A DNA stretch of 64,000 nucleotides from Eledone cirrhosa (Eukaryota): NCBI GenBank assembly GCA_964016885.1, contig OZ024742.1, positions 166,160,001 through 166,224,000 of the forward strand. The letters are read 5' to 3'. Of the stretch, positions 39,101 through 51,100 are shown piece after piece. The notes under the pieces were generated by a model that saw only the letters and a program-made list of their open reading frames with translations, was not told the DNA's origin and did not search any database. The position numbers and the translations under genes are program-made. How positions within the stretch are numbered: position 1 is the first letter of the stretch; every line of letters starts with the position of its first letter.

Positions 39101-42100
39101 TAATTTCCAGCCGTCCAAGGGGAGATAATTTCCAGCCGTCCAAGGGTAGATAATATCCAGCCGTCCAAGGAGACATATTTTCCAGCCGTCCAAGGAGAGG
39201 TAATTTCTAGCCGTCCAAGTGGAGATAAATTCCAGCCTCCAAGGGGAGATAATTTCCAGCCAGCCAAGGGGAGATAATTTGTAAAAAAATCAGGGGGAGA
39301 TAATTTGTAAAAAAAATCACGGGGAGATAATTTGTAAAAAAAAATCAGGGGGAGATAATTTGTAAAAAAAATCAGGGGGAGATAATTTGTAAAAAAAATC
39401 AAGGGGAGATAATTTCCAGCCGTCCAAGGGGAGATAATTTTCAGCCGTCCAAGGGGAGATAATTTCCCGCCAGCCAAGGGAAGATAATATTTAAAAAATG
39501 AGGCGGAGATAATTTGTAAAAAAAAATCAGGGGTAGATAATTTGTAAAAAAAATCAGGGGGAGATAATTTGTAAAAAAAATCAAGGGGAGATAATTTCCA
39601 GCCGTCCAAGGAGAGATAATTTTTAAAAAAAATCAGGCGGAGATAATTTGTAAAAAAAAAATCAGGGGGAGATAATTTGTAAAAAAAAATCAGGGGGAGA
39701 TAATTTGTAAAAAAAATCAAGGGGAGATAATTTCCAGCCGTCCAAGGGGAGATAATTTTCAGCCGTCCAAGGGGAGATAATTTCCAGCCGTCCAAGGGGA
39801 GATAATTTAAAAAAAAAATCAGGCGGAGATAATTTGTAAAAAAAATCAAGGGGAGATAATTTGCAACCGTCCAAGGGGACATAATTTTCAGTCGTCCAAG
39901 GAGAGGTAATTTCTAGCCGTACAAGGGGAGATAATTTCCAGCCGTCCAAGGGGAGATAATTTCCAGCCGTCCAAGGGGAGATAATTTTTTTTTAAAAATC
40001 AGGCGGAGATAATTTGTAAAAAAAAAATCAGGGGGAGATAATTTGTAAAAAAAAATCAGGGGGAGATAATTTGTAAAAAAAAATCAGGGGGAGATAATTT
40101 CTAAAAAAATCAAGGGGAGATAATATGCAGCCGTCCAAGGGGAGATAATTTTCAGCCGTCCAAGGAGAGGTAATTTCTAGCCGTCCAAGGGGAGATAATT
40201 TCCAGCCGTCCAAGGGGAGATAATTTCCAGCCGTCCAAGGGGAGATAGTTTTTTTTAAAAAATCAGGCGGAGATAATTTGTAAAAAAAAAATCAGGGGGA
40301 GATAATTTGTAAAAAAAAATCAGGGGGAGATAATTTGTAAAAAAAAATCAGGGGGAGATAATTTGTAAAAAAAATCAGGGGGAGATAATTAGTAAAAAAA
40401 ATCAAGGGGAGATAATTTCCAGCCGTCCAAGGGGAGGTAATATCTAGCCGTCCAAGGGGAGATAATTTCCAGCCGTCCAAGGGGAGATAATTTCCAGCCG
40501 TCCAAGGGTAGATAATATCCAGCCGTCCAAGTAGACATATTTTCCAGCCGTCCAAGGAGAGGTAATTTCTAGCCGTCCAAGGGGAGATAAATTCCAGCCT
40601 CCAAGGGGAGATAATTTCCAGCCAGCCAAGGGGAGATAATTTGTAAAAAAATCAGGGGGAGATAATTTGTAAAAAAAATCAGGGGGAGATAATTTGTAAA
40701 AAAAAATCAGGGGGAGATAATTTGTAAAAAAAAAATCAGGGGGAGATAATTTGTAAAAAAAATCAGGGGGAGATAATTTGTAAAAACAAATCAAGGGGAG
40801 ATAATTTCCAGCCGTCCAAGGGGAGATAATTTTCAGCCGCCCAAGGGGAGATAATTTCCCGCCAGCCAAGGGAAGATAATATTTAAAAAATCAGGCGGAG
40901 ATAATTTGTAAAAAAAATCAGGGGGAGATAATTTGTAAAAAAATCAGGGGGAGATAATTTGTAAAAAAAAAATCAGGGGGAGATAATTTGTAAAAAAAAT
41001 CAGGGGGAGATGATTTGTAAAAAAAATCAGGGGTAGATAATTTGTAAAAAAAAATCAGGGGGAGATAATTTGTAAAAAAAAATCAGGGGGAGATAATTTG
41101 TAAAAAAAATCAAGAGGAGATAATTTCCAGCCGTCCAAGGGGAGATAATTTTCAGCCGTCCAAGGGGAGATAATTTCCAGCCGTCCAAGGGGAGATAATT
41201 TCCATCCTTCCAAGGGGAGATAATTTCCAGCCGTCCAAGGGGAGATAATTTCCCGCCAACCAAGGGAAGATAATTTTTAAAAAAATCAGGCGGAGATTGT
41301 AAAAAAAATCAGGGGGAGATAATTTGTAAAAAAATCAGGGGGAGATAATTTGTAAAAAAAAAATCAGGGGGAGATAATTTGTAAAAAAAATCAGGGGGAG
41401 ATAATTTGTAAAAAAAAATCAAGGGGAGATAACTTGTACAAAAAATCAGGGCTATATAATTTGTAAAAAAAAATCAGGGGGAGATAATTTGTAAAAAAAA
41501 ATCAGGGGGAGATAATTTGTAAAAAAAATCAAGGGGAGATAATTTGCAGCCGTCCAAGGGGAGATAATTTTCAGCCGTCCAAGGAGAGGTAATTTCTAGC
41601 CGTCCAAGGTGAGATAATATCCAGCCGTCCAAGGGGAGATAATTTCCAGCCGTCCAAGGGGAGATAATTTTAAAAAAAAAACAGGCGAAGATAATTTGTA
41701 AAAAAAAAATCAGGGGGAGATAATTTGTAAAAAAAAATCAGGGGGAGATAATTTGTAAAAAAAATCAGGGGGAGGTAATTTGTAAAAAAAATCAAGGGGA
41801 GATAATTTCCAGCCGTCCAAGGGAAGATAATTTCCAGCCCTCCAAGGGGCTATAATTTCCAGCGTCCAAGGGGAGATAATTTCCAGCCAGCGAAGGGGAG
41901 ATAATTTTTTTTTTTTTAAATCAGGGGGACATAATTTGTAAAAAAAAATCAGGGGGAGATAATTTGTAAAAAAAATCAAGGGGAGATAATTTGTAAAAAA
42001 AAATCAGGGGGAGATAATTTGTAAAAAAAAATCAGGGGGAGATAATTTGTAAATAAAATTAAGGGGAGATAATTTGTAAAAAAAAATCAAGGGGAGATAA

Positions 42101-45100
42101 TTTCCAGCCGTCCAAGGAGAGGTAATTTCTAGACGTCCAAGGGGAGATAATTTCCAGCCGTCCAAGGGGAGATAATTTCCAGCCGTCCAAGGGTAGATAA
42201 TATCCAGCCGTCCAAGGAGACATAGTTTCCAGCTTTCCAAGGAGAGGTAATTTCTAGCCGTCCAAGGGGAGATAAATTCCAGCCTCCAAGGGGAGATAAT
42301 TTCCAGCCAGCCAAGGGGAGATAATTTGTAAAAAAAATCAGGGGGAGATAATTTGTAAAAAAAATCAGGGGGAGATAATTTGTAAAAAAAATCAGGGGGA
42401 GATAATTTCCAGCCGTCCAAGGGGAGATAATTTTCAGCCGTCCAAGGGGAGATAATTTCCCGCCAGCCAAGGGAAGATAATATTTAAAAAATGAGGCGGA
42501 GATAATTTGTAAAAAAAATCAGGGGGAGATAATTTGTAAAAAAATCAGGGGGAGATAATTTGTAAAAAAAAAATCAGGGGGAGATAATTTGTAAAAAAAA
42601 TCAGGGGGAGATAATTTGTAAAAAAAATCAGGGGTAGATAATTTTTAAAAAAAAATCAGGGGGAGATAATTTGTAAAAAAAATCAGGGGGAGATAATTTA
42701 TAAAAAAAATCAAGGGGAGATAATTTCCAGCCGTCCAAGGGAAGATAATTTCAAGCCCTCCAAGGGGCTATAATTTCCAGTGTCCAAGGGGAGATAATTT
42801 CCAGCCAGCGAAGGGGAGATAATTTTTTTTTAAAAATCAGGGGGAGATTTGTAAAAAAAATCAGGGGGAGATAATTTGTAAAAAAAATCAAAGGGAGATA
42901 ATTTCCAGCCGTCCAAAGAGATAATTTCTAGCCGTCCAAGGGGAGATAATTTCGAGCCAAGGGGAGATAATTTCCAGCCGTCCAAGGGGAGATAATTTTT
43001 TAAAAAATCAGGTGGAGATAATTTGTAAAAAAAATCAGGGGGAGATAATTTGTAAAAACAAAATCAAGGGCAGATAATTTCCAGCTGTCCAAGGGGAGAT
43101 AAATTCCAGCCGTGCAAGGGGAGATAATTTCCAGCCGTCCAAGGGGAGATAATTTCCATCCTTCCAAGGGGAGATAATTTCCAGCCGTCCAAGGGGAGAT
43201 AATTTCCCGCCAGCCAAGGGAAGATAATTTTTTAAAAAATCAGGCGGAGATTGTAAAAAAAATCAGGGGGAGATAATTTGTAAAAAAATCAGGGGGAGAT
43301 AATTTGTAAAAAAATCAAGGGGAGATAATTTCCAGCTGTCCAAGGGGAGGTAATATCTAGCCGTCCAAGGGGAGATAATTTCCAGCCGTCCAAGGGGAGA
43401 TAATTTCCAGCCGTCCAAGGGTAGATAATATCCAGCCGTCCAAGGAGACATATTTTCCAGCCGTCCAAGGAGAGGTAATTTCTAGCCGTCCAAGGGGAGA
43501 TAATTTCCAGCCGTCCAAGGGGAGATAATTTAAAAAAAAATCAGGCGGAGATAATTTGTAAAAAAAATCAAGGGGAGATAATTTGCAACCGTCCAAGGGG
43601 ACATAATTTTCAGTCGTCCAAGGAGAGGTAATTTCTAGCCGTACAAGGGGAGATAATTTCCAGCCGTCCAAGGGGAGATAATTTCCAGCCGTCCAAGGGG
43701 AGATAATTTTTTTTTAAAAATCAGGCGGAGATAATTTGTAAAAAAAAAATCAGGGGGAGATAATTTGTAAAAAAAAATCAGGGGGAGATAATTTGTAAAA
43801 AAAAATCAGGGGGAGATAATTTGTAAAAAAAATCAAGGGGAGATAATTTCCAGCCGTCCAAGGGAAGATAATTTCCAGCCCTCCAAGGGGCTATAATTTC
43901 CAGCGTCCAAGGGGAGATAATTTCCAGCCAGCGAAGGGGAGATAATTGTTTTAAAAAAATCATTGGGAGATTTGTAAAAAAAATCAGGGGGAGATAATTA
44001 ATAAAAAAAATCAAGGGGAGATAATTTCCAGCCGTCCAAGGGGAGGTAATATCTAGCCGTCCAAGGGGAGATAATTTCCAGCCGTCCAAGGGGAGATAAT
44101 TTCCAGCCGTCCAAGGGTAGATAATATCCAGCCGTCCAAGGAGACATATTTTCCCGCCGTCCAAGGAGAGGTAATTTCTAGCCGTCCAAGGGGAGATAAA
44201 TTCCAGCCTCCAAGGGGAGATAATTTCCAGCCAGCCAAGGGGAGATAATTTGTAAAAAAATCAGGGGGAGATAATTTGTAAAAAAAATCAGGGGTAGATA
44301 ATTTGTAAAAAAAAATCAGGGGGAGATAATTTGTAAAAAAAAATCAGGGGGAGATAATTTGTAAAAAAAATCAAGGGGAGATAATTTCCAGCCGTCCAAG
44401 GAGAGATAATTTAAAAAAAAAATCAGGCGGAGATAATTTGTAAAAAAAAATCAGGGGGAGATAATTTGGAAAAAAAAATCAGGGGGAGATAATTTGTAAA
44501 AAAAATCAAGGGGAGATAATTTCCAGCCGTCCAAGGGGAGATAATTTCCAGCCGTCCAAGGGGAGATAATTTTTTAAAAAAAATCAGGCGGAGATAATTT
44601 GTAAAAAAAATCAGGGGGAGATAATTTGTAAAAAAAAATCAGGGGGAGATAATTTGTAAAAAAAAATCAGGGGTAGATAATTTGTAAAAAAAAATCATGG
44701 GGAGATAATTTGTAAAAAAAAATCAGGGGGAGATAATTTGTAAAAAAAATCAGGGGGAGATAATTTGTAAAAAAAAATCAGGGGGAGATAATTTCCGGCC
44801 GTCCAAGGGGAGATAATTTTCAGCCGTCCAAGGGGAGATAATTTCCCGCCAGCCAAGGGAAGATAATATTTAAAAAATCAGGCGGAGATAATTTGTAAAA
44901 AAAATCAGGGGGAGATAATTTGTAAAAAAATCAGGGGGAGATAATTTGTAAAAAAAATCAAGGGGAGATAATTTCCAGCCGTCCAAGGGGAGGTAATATC
45001 TAGCCGTCCAAGGGGAGATAATTTCCAGCCGTCCAAGAGGAGATAATTTCCAGCCGTCCAAGGGTAGATAATATCCAGCCGTCCAAGGAGACATATTTTC

Positions 45101-48100
45101 CAGCCGTCCAAGGAGAGGTAATTTCTAGCCGTCCAAGGGGAGATAAATTCCAGCCTCCAAGGGGAGATAATTTCCAGCCAGCCAAGGGGAGATAATTTGT
45201 AAAAAAAATCAGGGGGAGATAATTTGTAAAAAAAATCAGGGGGAGATAATTTGTAAAAAAATCAGGGGGAGATAATTTGTAAAAAAAAAATCAGGGGGAG
45301 ATAATTTGTAAAAAAAATCAGGGGGAGATGATTTGTAAAAAAAAATCAGGGGTAGATAATTTGTAAAAAAAAATCAGGGGGTGATAATTTGTAAAAAAAA
45401 ATCAGGGGGAGATAATTTGTAAAAAAAATCAAGGGGAGATAATTTCCAGCCGTCGAAGGGAAGATAATTTCCAGCCCTCCAAGGGGCTATAATTTCCAGC
45501 GTCCAAGGGGAGATAATTTCCAGCCGTCCAAGGGGAGATAATTTCCAGCCGTCCAAGGGTAGATAATATCCAGCCGTCCAAGTAGACATTTTCCAGCCGT
45601 CCAAGGAGAGGTAATTTCTAGCCGTCCAAGGGGAGATAAATTCCAGCCTCCAAGGGGAGATAATTTCCAGCCAGCCAAGGGGAGATAATTTGTAAAAAAA
45701 TCAGGGGGAGATAATTTGTAAAAAAAATCAGGGGGAGATAATTTGTAAAAAAAAATCAGGGGGAGATAATTTGTAAAAAAAATCAGGGGGAGATAATTTG
45801 TAAAAAAAATCAAGGGGAGATAATTTCCAGCCGTCCAAGGGGAGATAATTTTCAGCCGTCCAAGGGGAGATAATTTCCAGCCGTCCAAGGGGAGATAATT
45901 TCCATCCTTCCAAGGGGAGATAATTTCCAGCCGTCCAAGGGGAGATAATTTTCAGCCGTCCAAGGGGAGATAATTTCCCGCCAGCCAAGGGAAGATAATA
46001 TTTTAAAAAATCAGGCGGAGATAATTTGTAAAAAAAATCAGGGGGAGATAATTTATAAAAAAATCAGGGGGAGATAATTTGTAAAAAAAAAATCAGGGGG
46101 AGATAATTTGTAAAAAAAATCAGGGGGAGATAATTTGTAAAAAAAATCAGGGGTAGATAATTTGTAAAAAAAAATCAGGGGGAGATAATTTGTAAAAAAA
46201 AAATCAGGGGGAGATAATTTGTAAAAAAAATCAAGGGGAGATAATTTCCAGCCGTCCAAGGAGAGATAATTTTTAAAAAAAATCAGGCGGAGATAATTTG
46301 TAAAAAAAAATCAAGGGGAGATAATTTGTAAAAAAAAATCAAGGGGAGATAATTTGTAAAAAAAATCAAGGGGAGATAATTTCCAGCCGTCCAAGGGAAG
46401 ATAATTTCCAGCACTCCAAGGGGCTATAATTTCCAGTGTCCAAGGGGAGATAATTTCCAGCCAGCGAAGGGGAGATAATTTTTTTAAAAAATCAGGGGGA
46501 GATATGTAAAAAAAATCAGAGGGAGATAATTTCTAAAAAAAATCAAAGGGAGATAATTTCCAGCCGTCCAAAGAGAGATAATTTCTAGCCGTCCAAGGGG
46601 AGATAATTTCCAGCCAAGGGGAGATAATTTCCAGCCGTCCAAGGGGAGATAATTATTTAAAAAATCAGGTGGAGATAATTTGTAAAAAAAATCAGGGGGA
46701 GATAATTTGTAAAAACAAAATCAAGGGCAGATAATTTCCAGCTGTCCAAGGGGAGATAATTTCCAGCCGTGCAAGGGGAGATAATTTCCAGCCGTCCAAG
46801 GGGAGATAATTTCCATCCTTCCAAGGGGAGATAATGTCCAGCCGTCCAAGGGGAGATAATTTCCCGCCAGCCAAGGGAAGATAATTTTTAAAAAAATCAG
46901 GCAGAGATTGTAAAAAAAATCAGGGGGAGATAATTTGTAAAAAAAAAATCAGGGGGAGATAATTTGTAAAAAAAATCAGGGGTAGATAATTTGTAAAAAA
47001 AAATCAGGGGGAGATAATTTGTAAAAAAAATCAGGGGGAGATAATTTCTAAAAAAATCAAGGGGAGATAATATGCAGCCGTCCAAGGGGAGATAATTTTC
47101 AGCCGTCCAAGGAGAGGTAATTTCTAGCCGTCCAAGGGGAGATAATTTCCAGCCGTCCAAGGGGAGATAATTTCCAGCCGTCCAAGGGGAGATAGTTTTT
47201 TTAAAAAAATCAGGCGGAGATAATTTGTAAAAAAAAAATCAGGGGGAGATAATTTGTAAAAAAAAATCAGGGGGAGATAATTTGTAAAAAAAATCAGGGG
47301 GAGATAATTAGTAAAAAAAATCAAGGGGAGATAATTTCCAGCCGTCCAAGGGGAGGTAATATCTAGCCGTCCAAGGGGAGATAATTTCCAGCCGTCCAAG
47401 GGGAGATAATTTCCAGCCGTCCAAGGGTAGATAATATCCAGCCGTCCAAGTAGACATATTTTCCAGCCGTCCAAGGAGAGGTAATTTCTAGCCGTCCAAG
47501 GGGAGATAAATTCCAGCCTCCAAGGGGAGATAATTTCCAGCCAGCCAAGGGGAGATAATTTGTAAAAAAATCAGGGGGAGATAATTTGTAAAAAAAATCA
47601 GGGGGAGATAATTTGTAAAAAAAAATCAGGGGGAGATAATTTGTAAAAAAAAATCAGGGGGAGATAATTTGTAAAAAAAATCAGGGGGAGATAATTTGTA
47701 AAAAAAAATCAGGGGGAGATAATTTGTAAAAAAAATCAGGGGGAGATAATTTGTAAAAACAAATCAAGGGGAGATAATTTCCAGCCGTCCAAGGGGAGAT
47801 AATTTTCAGCCGCCCAAGGGGAGATAATTTCCCGCCAGCCAAGGGAAGATAATATTTAAAAAATCAGGCGGAGATAATTTGTAAAAAAAATCAGGGGGAG
47901 ATAATTTGTAAAAAAATCAGGGGGAGATAATTTGTAAAAAAAAATCAGGGGGAGATAATTTGTAAAAAAAATCAGGGGGAGATGATTTGTAAAAAAAATC
48001 AGGGGTAGATAATTTGTAAAAAAAAATCAGGGGGAGATAATTTGTAAAAAAAAATCAGGGGGAGATAATTTGTAAAAAAAATCAAGAGGAGATAATTTCC

Positions 48101-51100
48101 AGCCGTCCAAGGGGAGATAATTTTCAGCCGTCCAAGGGGAGATAATTTCCAGCCGTCCAAGGGGAGATAATTTCCATCCTTCCAAGGGGAGATAATTTCC
48201 AGCCGTCCAAGGGGAGATAATTTCCCGCCAACCAAGGGAAGATAATTTTTAAAAAAATCAGGCGGAGATTGTAAAAAAAATCAGGGGGAGATAATTTGTA
48301 AAAAAAAAATCAGGGGGAGATAATTTGTAAAAAAAATCAGGGGGAGATAATTTGTAAAAAAAAATCAAGGGGAGATAATTTGTACAAAAAATCAGGGGTA
48401 TATAATTTGTAAAAAAAAATCAGGGGGAGATAATTTGTAAAAAAAAATCAGGGGGAGATAATTTGTAAAAAAAATCAAGGGGAGATAATTTGCAGCCGTC
48501 CAAGGGGAGATAATTTTCAGCCGTCCAAGGAGAGGTAATTTCTAGCCGTCCAAGGTGAGATAATATCCAGCCGTCCAAGGGGAGATAATTTCCAGCCGTC
48601 CAAGGGGAGATAATTTTAAAAAAAAAACAGGCGAAGATAATTTGTAAAAAAAAAATCAGGGGGAGATAATTTGTAAAAAAAAATCAGGGGGAGGTAATTT
48701 GTAAAAAAAATCAAGGGGAGATAATTTCCAGCCGTCCAAGGGAAGATAATTTCCAGCCCTCCAAGGGGCTATAATTTCCAGCGTCCAAGGGGAGATAATT
48801 TCCAGCCAGCGAAGGGGAGATAATTTTTTTTTTTTTAAATCAGGGGGACATAATTTGTAAAAAAAAATCAGGGGGAGATAATTTGTAAAAAAAATCAAGG
48901 GGAGATAATTTGTAAAAAAAAATCAGGGGGAGATAATTTGTAAAAAAAAATCAGGGGGAGATAATTTGTAAAAAAAATTAAGGGGAGATAATTTGTAAAA
49001 AAAAATCAAGGGGAGATAATTTCCAGCCGTCCAAGGAGAGGTAATTTCTAGACGTCCAAGGGGAGATAATTTCCAGCCGTCCAAGGGGAGATAATTTCCA
49101 GCCGTCCAAGGGTAGATAATATCCAGCCGTCCAAGGAGACATATTTTCCAGCTTTCCAAGGAGAGGTAATTTCTAGCCGTCCAAGGGGAGATAAATTCCA
49201 GCCTCCAAGGGGAGATAATTTCCAGCCAGCCAAGGGGAGATAATTTGTAAAAAAAATCAGGGGGAGATAATTTGTAAAAAAAATCAGGGGGAGATAATTT
49301 GTAAAAAAAATCAGGGGGAGATAATTTCCAGCCGTCCAAGGGGAGATAATTTTCAGCCGTCCAAGGGGAGATAATTTCCCGCCAGCCAAGGGAAGATAAT
49401 ATTTAAAAAATGAGGCGGAGATAATTTGTAAAAAAAATCAGGGGGAGATAATTTGTAAAAAAATCAGGGGGAGATAATTTGTAAAAAAAAAATCAGGGGG
49501 AGATAATTTGTAAAAAAAATCAGGGGGAGATAATTTGTAAAAAAAAATCAGGGGTAGATAATTTGTAAAAAAAAATCAGGGGGAGATAATTTGTAAAAAA
49601 AATCAGGGGGAGATAATTTATAAAAAAAATCAAGGGGAGATAATTTCCAGCCGTCCAAGGGAAGATAATTTCAAGCCCTCCAAGGGGCTATAATTTCCAG
49701 TGTCCAAGGGGAGATAATTTCCAGCCAGCGAAGGGGAGATAATTTTTTTTTAAAAATCAGGGGGAGATTTGTAAAAAAAATCAGGGGGAGATAATTTGTA
49801 AAAAAAATCAAAGGGAGATAATTTCCAGCCGTCCAAAGAGATAATTTCTAGCCGTCCAAGGGGAGATAATTTCGAGCCAAGGGGATATAATTTCCAGCCG
49901 TCCAAGGGGAGATAATTTTTTTAAAAATCAGGTGGAGATAATTTGTAAAAAAAATCAGGGGGAGATAATTTGTAAAAACAAAATCAAGGGGAGATAATTT
50001 CCAGCTGTCCAAGGGGAGATAATTTCCAGCCGTGCAAGGGGAGATAATTTCCAGCCGTCCAAGGGGAGATAATTTCCATCCTTCCAAGGGGAGATAATTT
50101 CCAGCCGTCCAAGGGGAGATAATTTCCCGCCAGCCAAGGGAAGATAATTTTTTAAAAAATCAGGCGGAGATTGTAAAAAAAATCAGGGGGAGATAATTTG
50201 TAAAAAATCAGGGGGAGATAATTTGTAAAAAAATCAAGGGGAGATAATTTCCAGCTGTCCAAGGGGAGGTAATATCTAGCCGTCCAAGGGGAGATAATTT
50301 CCAGCCGTCCAAGGGGAGATAATTTCCAGCCGTCCAAGGGTAGATAATATCCAGCCGTCCAAGGAGACATATTTTCCAGCCGTCCAAGGAGAGGTAATTT
50401 CTAGCCGTCCAAGTGGAGATAAATTCCAGCCTCCAAGGGGAGATAATTTCCAGCCAGCCAAGGGGAGATAATTTGTAAAAAAATCAGGGGGAGATAATTT
50501 GTAAAAAAAATCACGGGGAGATAATTTGTAAAAAAAAATCAGGGGGAGATAATTTGTAAAAAAAATCAGGGGGAGATAATTTGTAAAAAAAATCAAGGGG
50601 AGATAATTTCCAGCCGTCCAAGGGGAGATAATTTTCAGCCGTCCAAGGGGAGATAATTTCCCGCCAGCCAAGGGAAGATAATATTTAAAAAATGAGGCGG
50701 AGATAATTTGTAAAAAAAAATCAGGGGTAGATAATTTGTAAAAAAAATCAGGGGGAGATAATTTGTAAAAAAAATCAAGGGGAGATAATTTCCAGCCGTC
50801 CAAGGAGAGATAATTTTTAAAAAAAATCAGGCGGAGATAATTTGTAAAAAAAAAATCAGGGGGAGATAATTTGTAAAAAAAAATCAGGGGGAGATAATTT
50901 GTAAAAAAAATCAAGGGGAGATAATTTCCAGCCGTCCAAGGGGAGATAATTTTCAGCCGTCCAAGGGGAGATAATTTCCAGCCGTCCAAGGGGAGATAAT
51001 TTAAAAAAAAAATCAGGCGGAGATAATTTGTAAAAAAAATCAAGGGGAGATAATTTGCAACCGTCCAAGGGGACATAATTTTCAGTCGTCCAAGGAGAGG

